Shown here: piece by piece, positions 62,879 to 64,000 of the stretch
Numbering within the stretch: the first letter of the stretch is position 1
Layout of the letters: each line of letters begins with the position of its first letter
Source: Octopus bimaculoides
Taxonomy: Eukaryota
Direction of reading: 5' to 3'
DNA length: 64,000 bases
Assembly (NCBI RefSeq): GCF_001194135.2
Contig: NC_068987.1
Span: forward strand, 4,777,281 to 4,841,280
Position numbers and translations under genes: made by a program
Notes under the pieces: generated by a model
What the model was told of the DNA's origin: nothing
Seen by the model: the letters and a program-made list of their open reading frames with translations, nothing else
The model's database searches: none

Positions 62879-62999
62879 ATGGCATCAGAGAATAAAATAA
62901 CTACAAACATAGATTTCGAAAATATAATGAGGCCTTCACACAATACAGAGATTCTTTCATCAGGAATTTGCAAGAGATGCAGCAGACAAACAGGGGGAA
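62879..62999 (+). CDS. Candidate exon (MASENKITTNIDFENIMRPSHNTEILSSGICKRCSRQTGG)
   Basis: ctaat branch-like site, atag|ATG, and donor |gtgagt. Only frame 0 is open. No homology recognised. Confidence 0.2.
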
Positions 63000-63032
63000 G
63001 TGAGTGGGGGGGGGATAACAATAATAATAATG

Positions 63033-63067
<35 letters not shown>

Positions 63068-63070
63068 TAA

Positions 63071-63188
63071 TGCAAGAATTCTTCGCAGAGTTTAGAAGCA
63101 TAACCAGTAAACAAATGTCACCTTAGTCTGCTGGCTGTGGACAGGTGGCACCTTCCATCATACCCACCAAAATAAGCTGTGAGGTTTC

Positions 63189-63190
<2 letters not shown>
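63071..63190 (+). mobile_element. Extremely 5'-truncated R4/Dong-like 3' end within (AAT)n
   Basis: gcaagaattcttcgcagag.. (ARILRR) plus a 3' UTR matching the copy at 27945-28060, with (AAT)n directly on both sides. Confidence 0.85.
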
Positions 63191-63246
<56 letters not shown>

Positions 63247-63376
63247 CTTTTCCTCTTTTACTTGTTTCAGTCATTTGACTGTGGCCATGCTGGAGCACCG
63301 CCTGATGATGATTTCTTTATTAACCACAAGGGTTTACATGAACAAAACCATTATGAACAGCACAGGACAAAACAAA

Positions 63377-63407
<31 letters not shown>

Positions 63408-64000
63408 TGTGTGTGTGTGTGCGTGTTATTTTGAGGGTTTTGCGTGTAAACAAAACTAACAACATTTTTAAAATCAACAATGTGTGATCCTCAATAGGGA
63501 GGAAACTTCGAGGACTGCTCATGGAAAAACCCATAAGAAATAACCATGAGTATCCTGACTTTGGGGGCAGGTACCTTTTTTCCTTTCCTTTTTTTCCAAC
63601 TACAGGCGTATGTTCAGGGCAGGCCGTTCATTCGCTCTATTCTTGCCACTTTCATCTACCTTTCAGCAAAGTGACCAGAAGACAGCACTTACCTCTCTAC
63701 CCTTATTTTCCGAGCGGTTTCTTATTTAGGCACAAGGCCAGCAATTTTAAAGGGAGAAGGAATAGTCGATTATAATGACTCCAGTAATTGATATGTATGT
63801 ACTCGGAAAAGATGAAAGGCGGGATTTGATAATGATGATGATGATGATCATCATCATCATCGTCGTCGTCTGCATATCAGGGCCTCGGTGAGTGGAAAGA
63901 AAATGGTACTACCTTTATTTTACTCTTCTGTGGAAATGGTGAAAATCGAACAGAAACCCAACTGGCTCCGTTGCAGTTTATCAGAACACTAACTTTACTA

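Overview
This is eukaryotic, AT-rich, repeat-saturated genomic DNA from a draft scaffold with 14 N-gaps. The SINE families and microsatellite load point to a coleoid cephalopod, most likely Octopus (inference from recalled repeat sequences, no database search). I cannot recognise any intact protein-coding gene. Nearly all long ORFs in the track are translations of microsatellites or N-gaps, and only a few short splice-bounded segments are weak exon candidates. The window is a transposon fossil bed. It holds dozens of tRNA-derived SINE copies in three modular groups, at least seven 3' fragments of restriction-like-endonuclease (R4/Dong/NeSL-type) non-LTR retrotransposons, two RTE-clade LINE fragments, a Neptune-type Penelope fragment, Tc1/mariner and Tigger/pogo fossils and MITEs, hAT MITEs and a Helentron-type HINE. 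The most interesting signals are: (1) RLE-LINE families that appear to target specific microsatellites, one at (CATA)n-CATGCAT junctions and others at (AAT)n; (2) a complete type-I hammerhead-ribozyme fold with a degenerate core at 6519-6592; (3) SINEs carrying an internal microsatellite and swapping heads and tails; (4) two abutting perfect hairpins at 58610-58712; (5) a recurrently disrupted site (GCCCCAGC) in one SINE tail.
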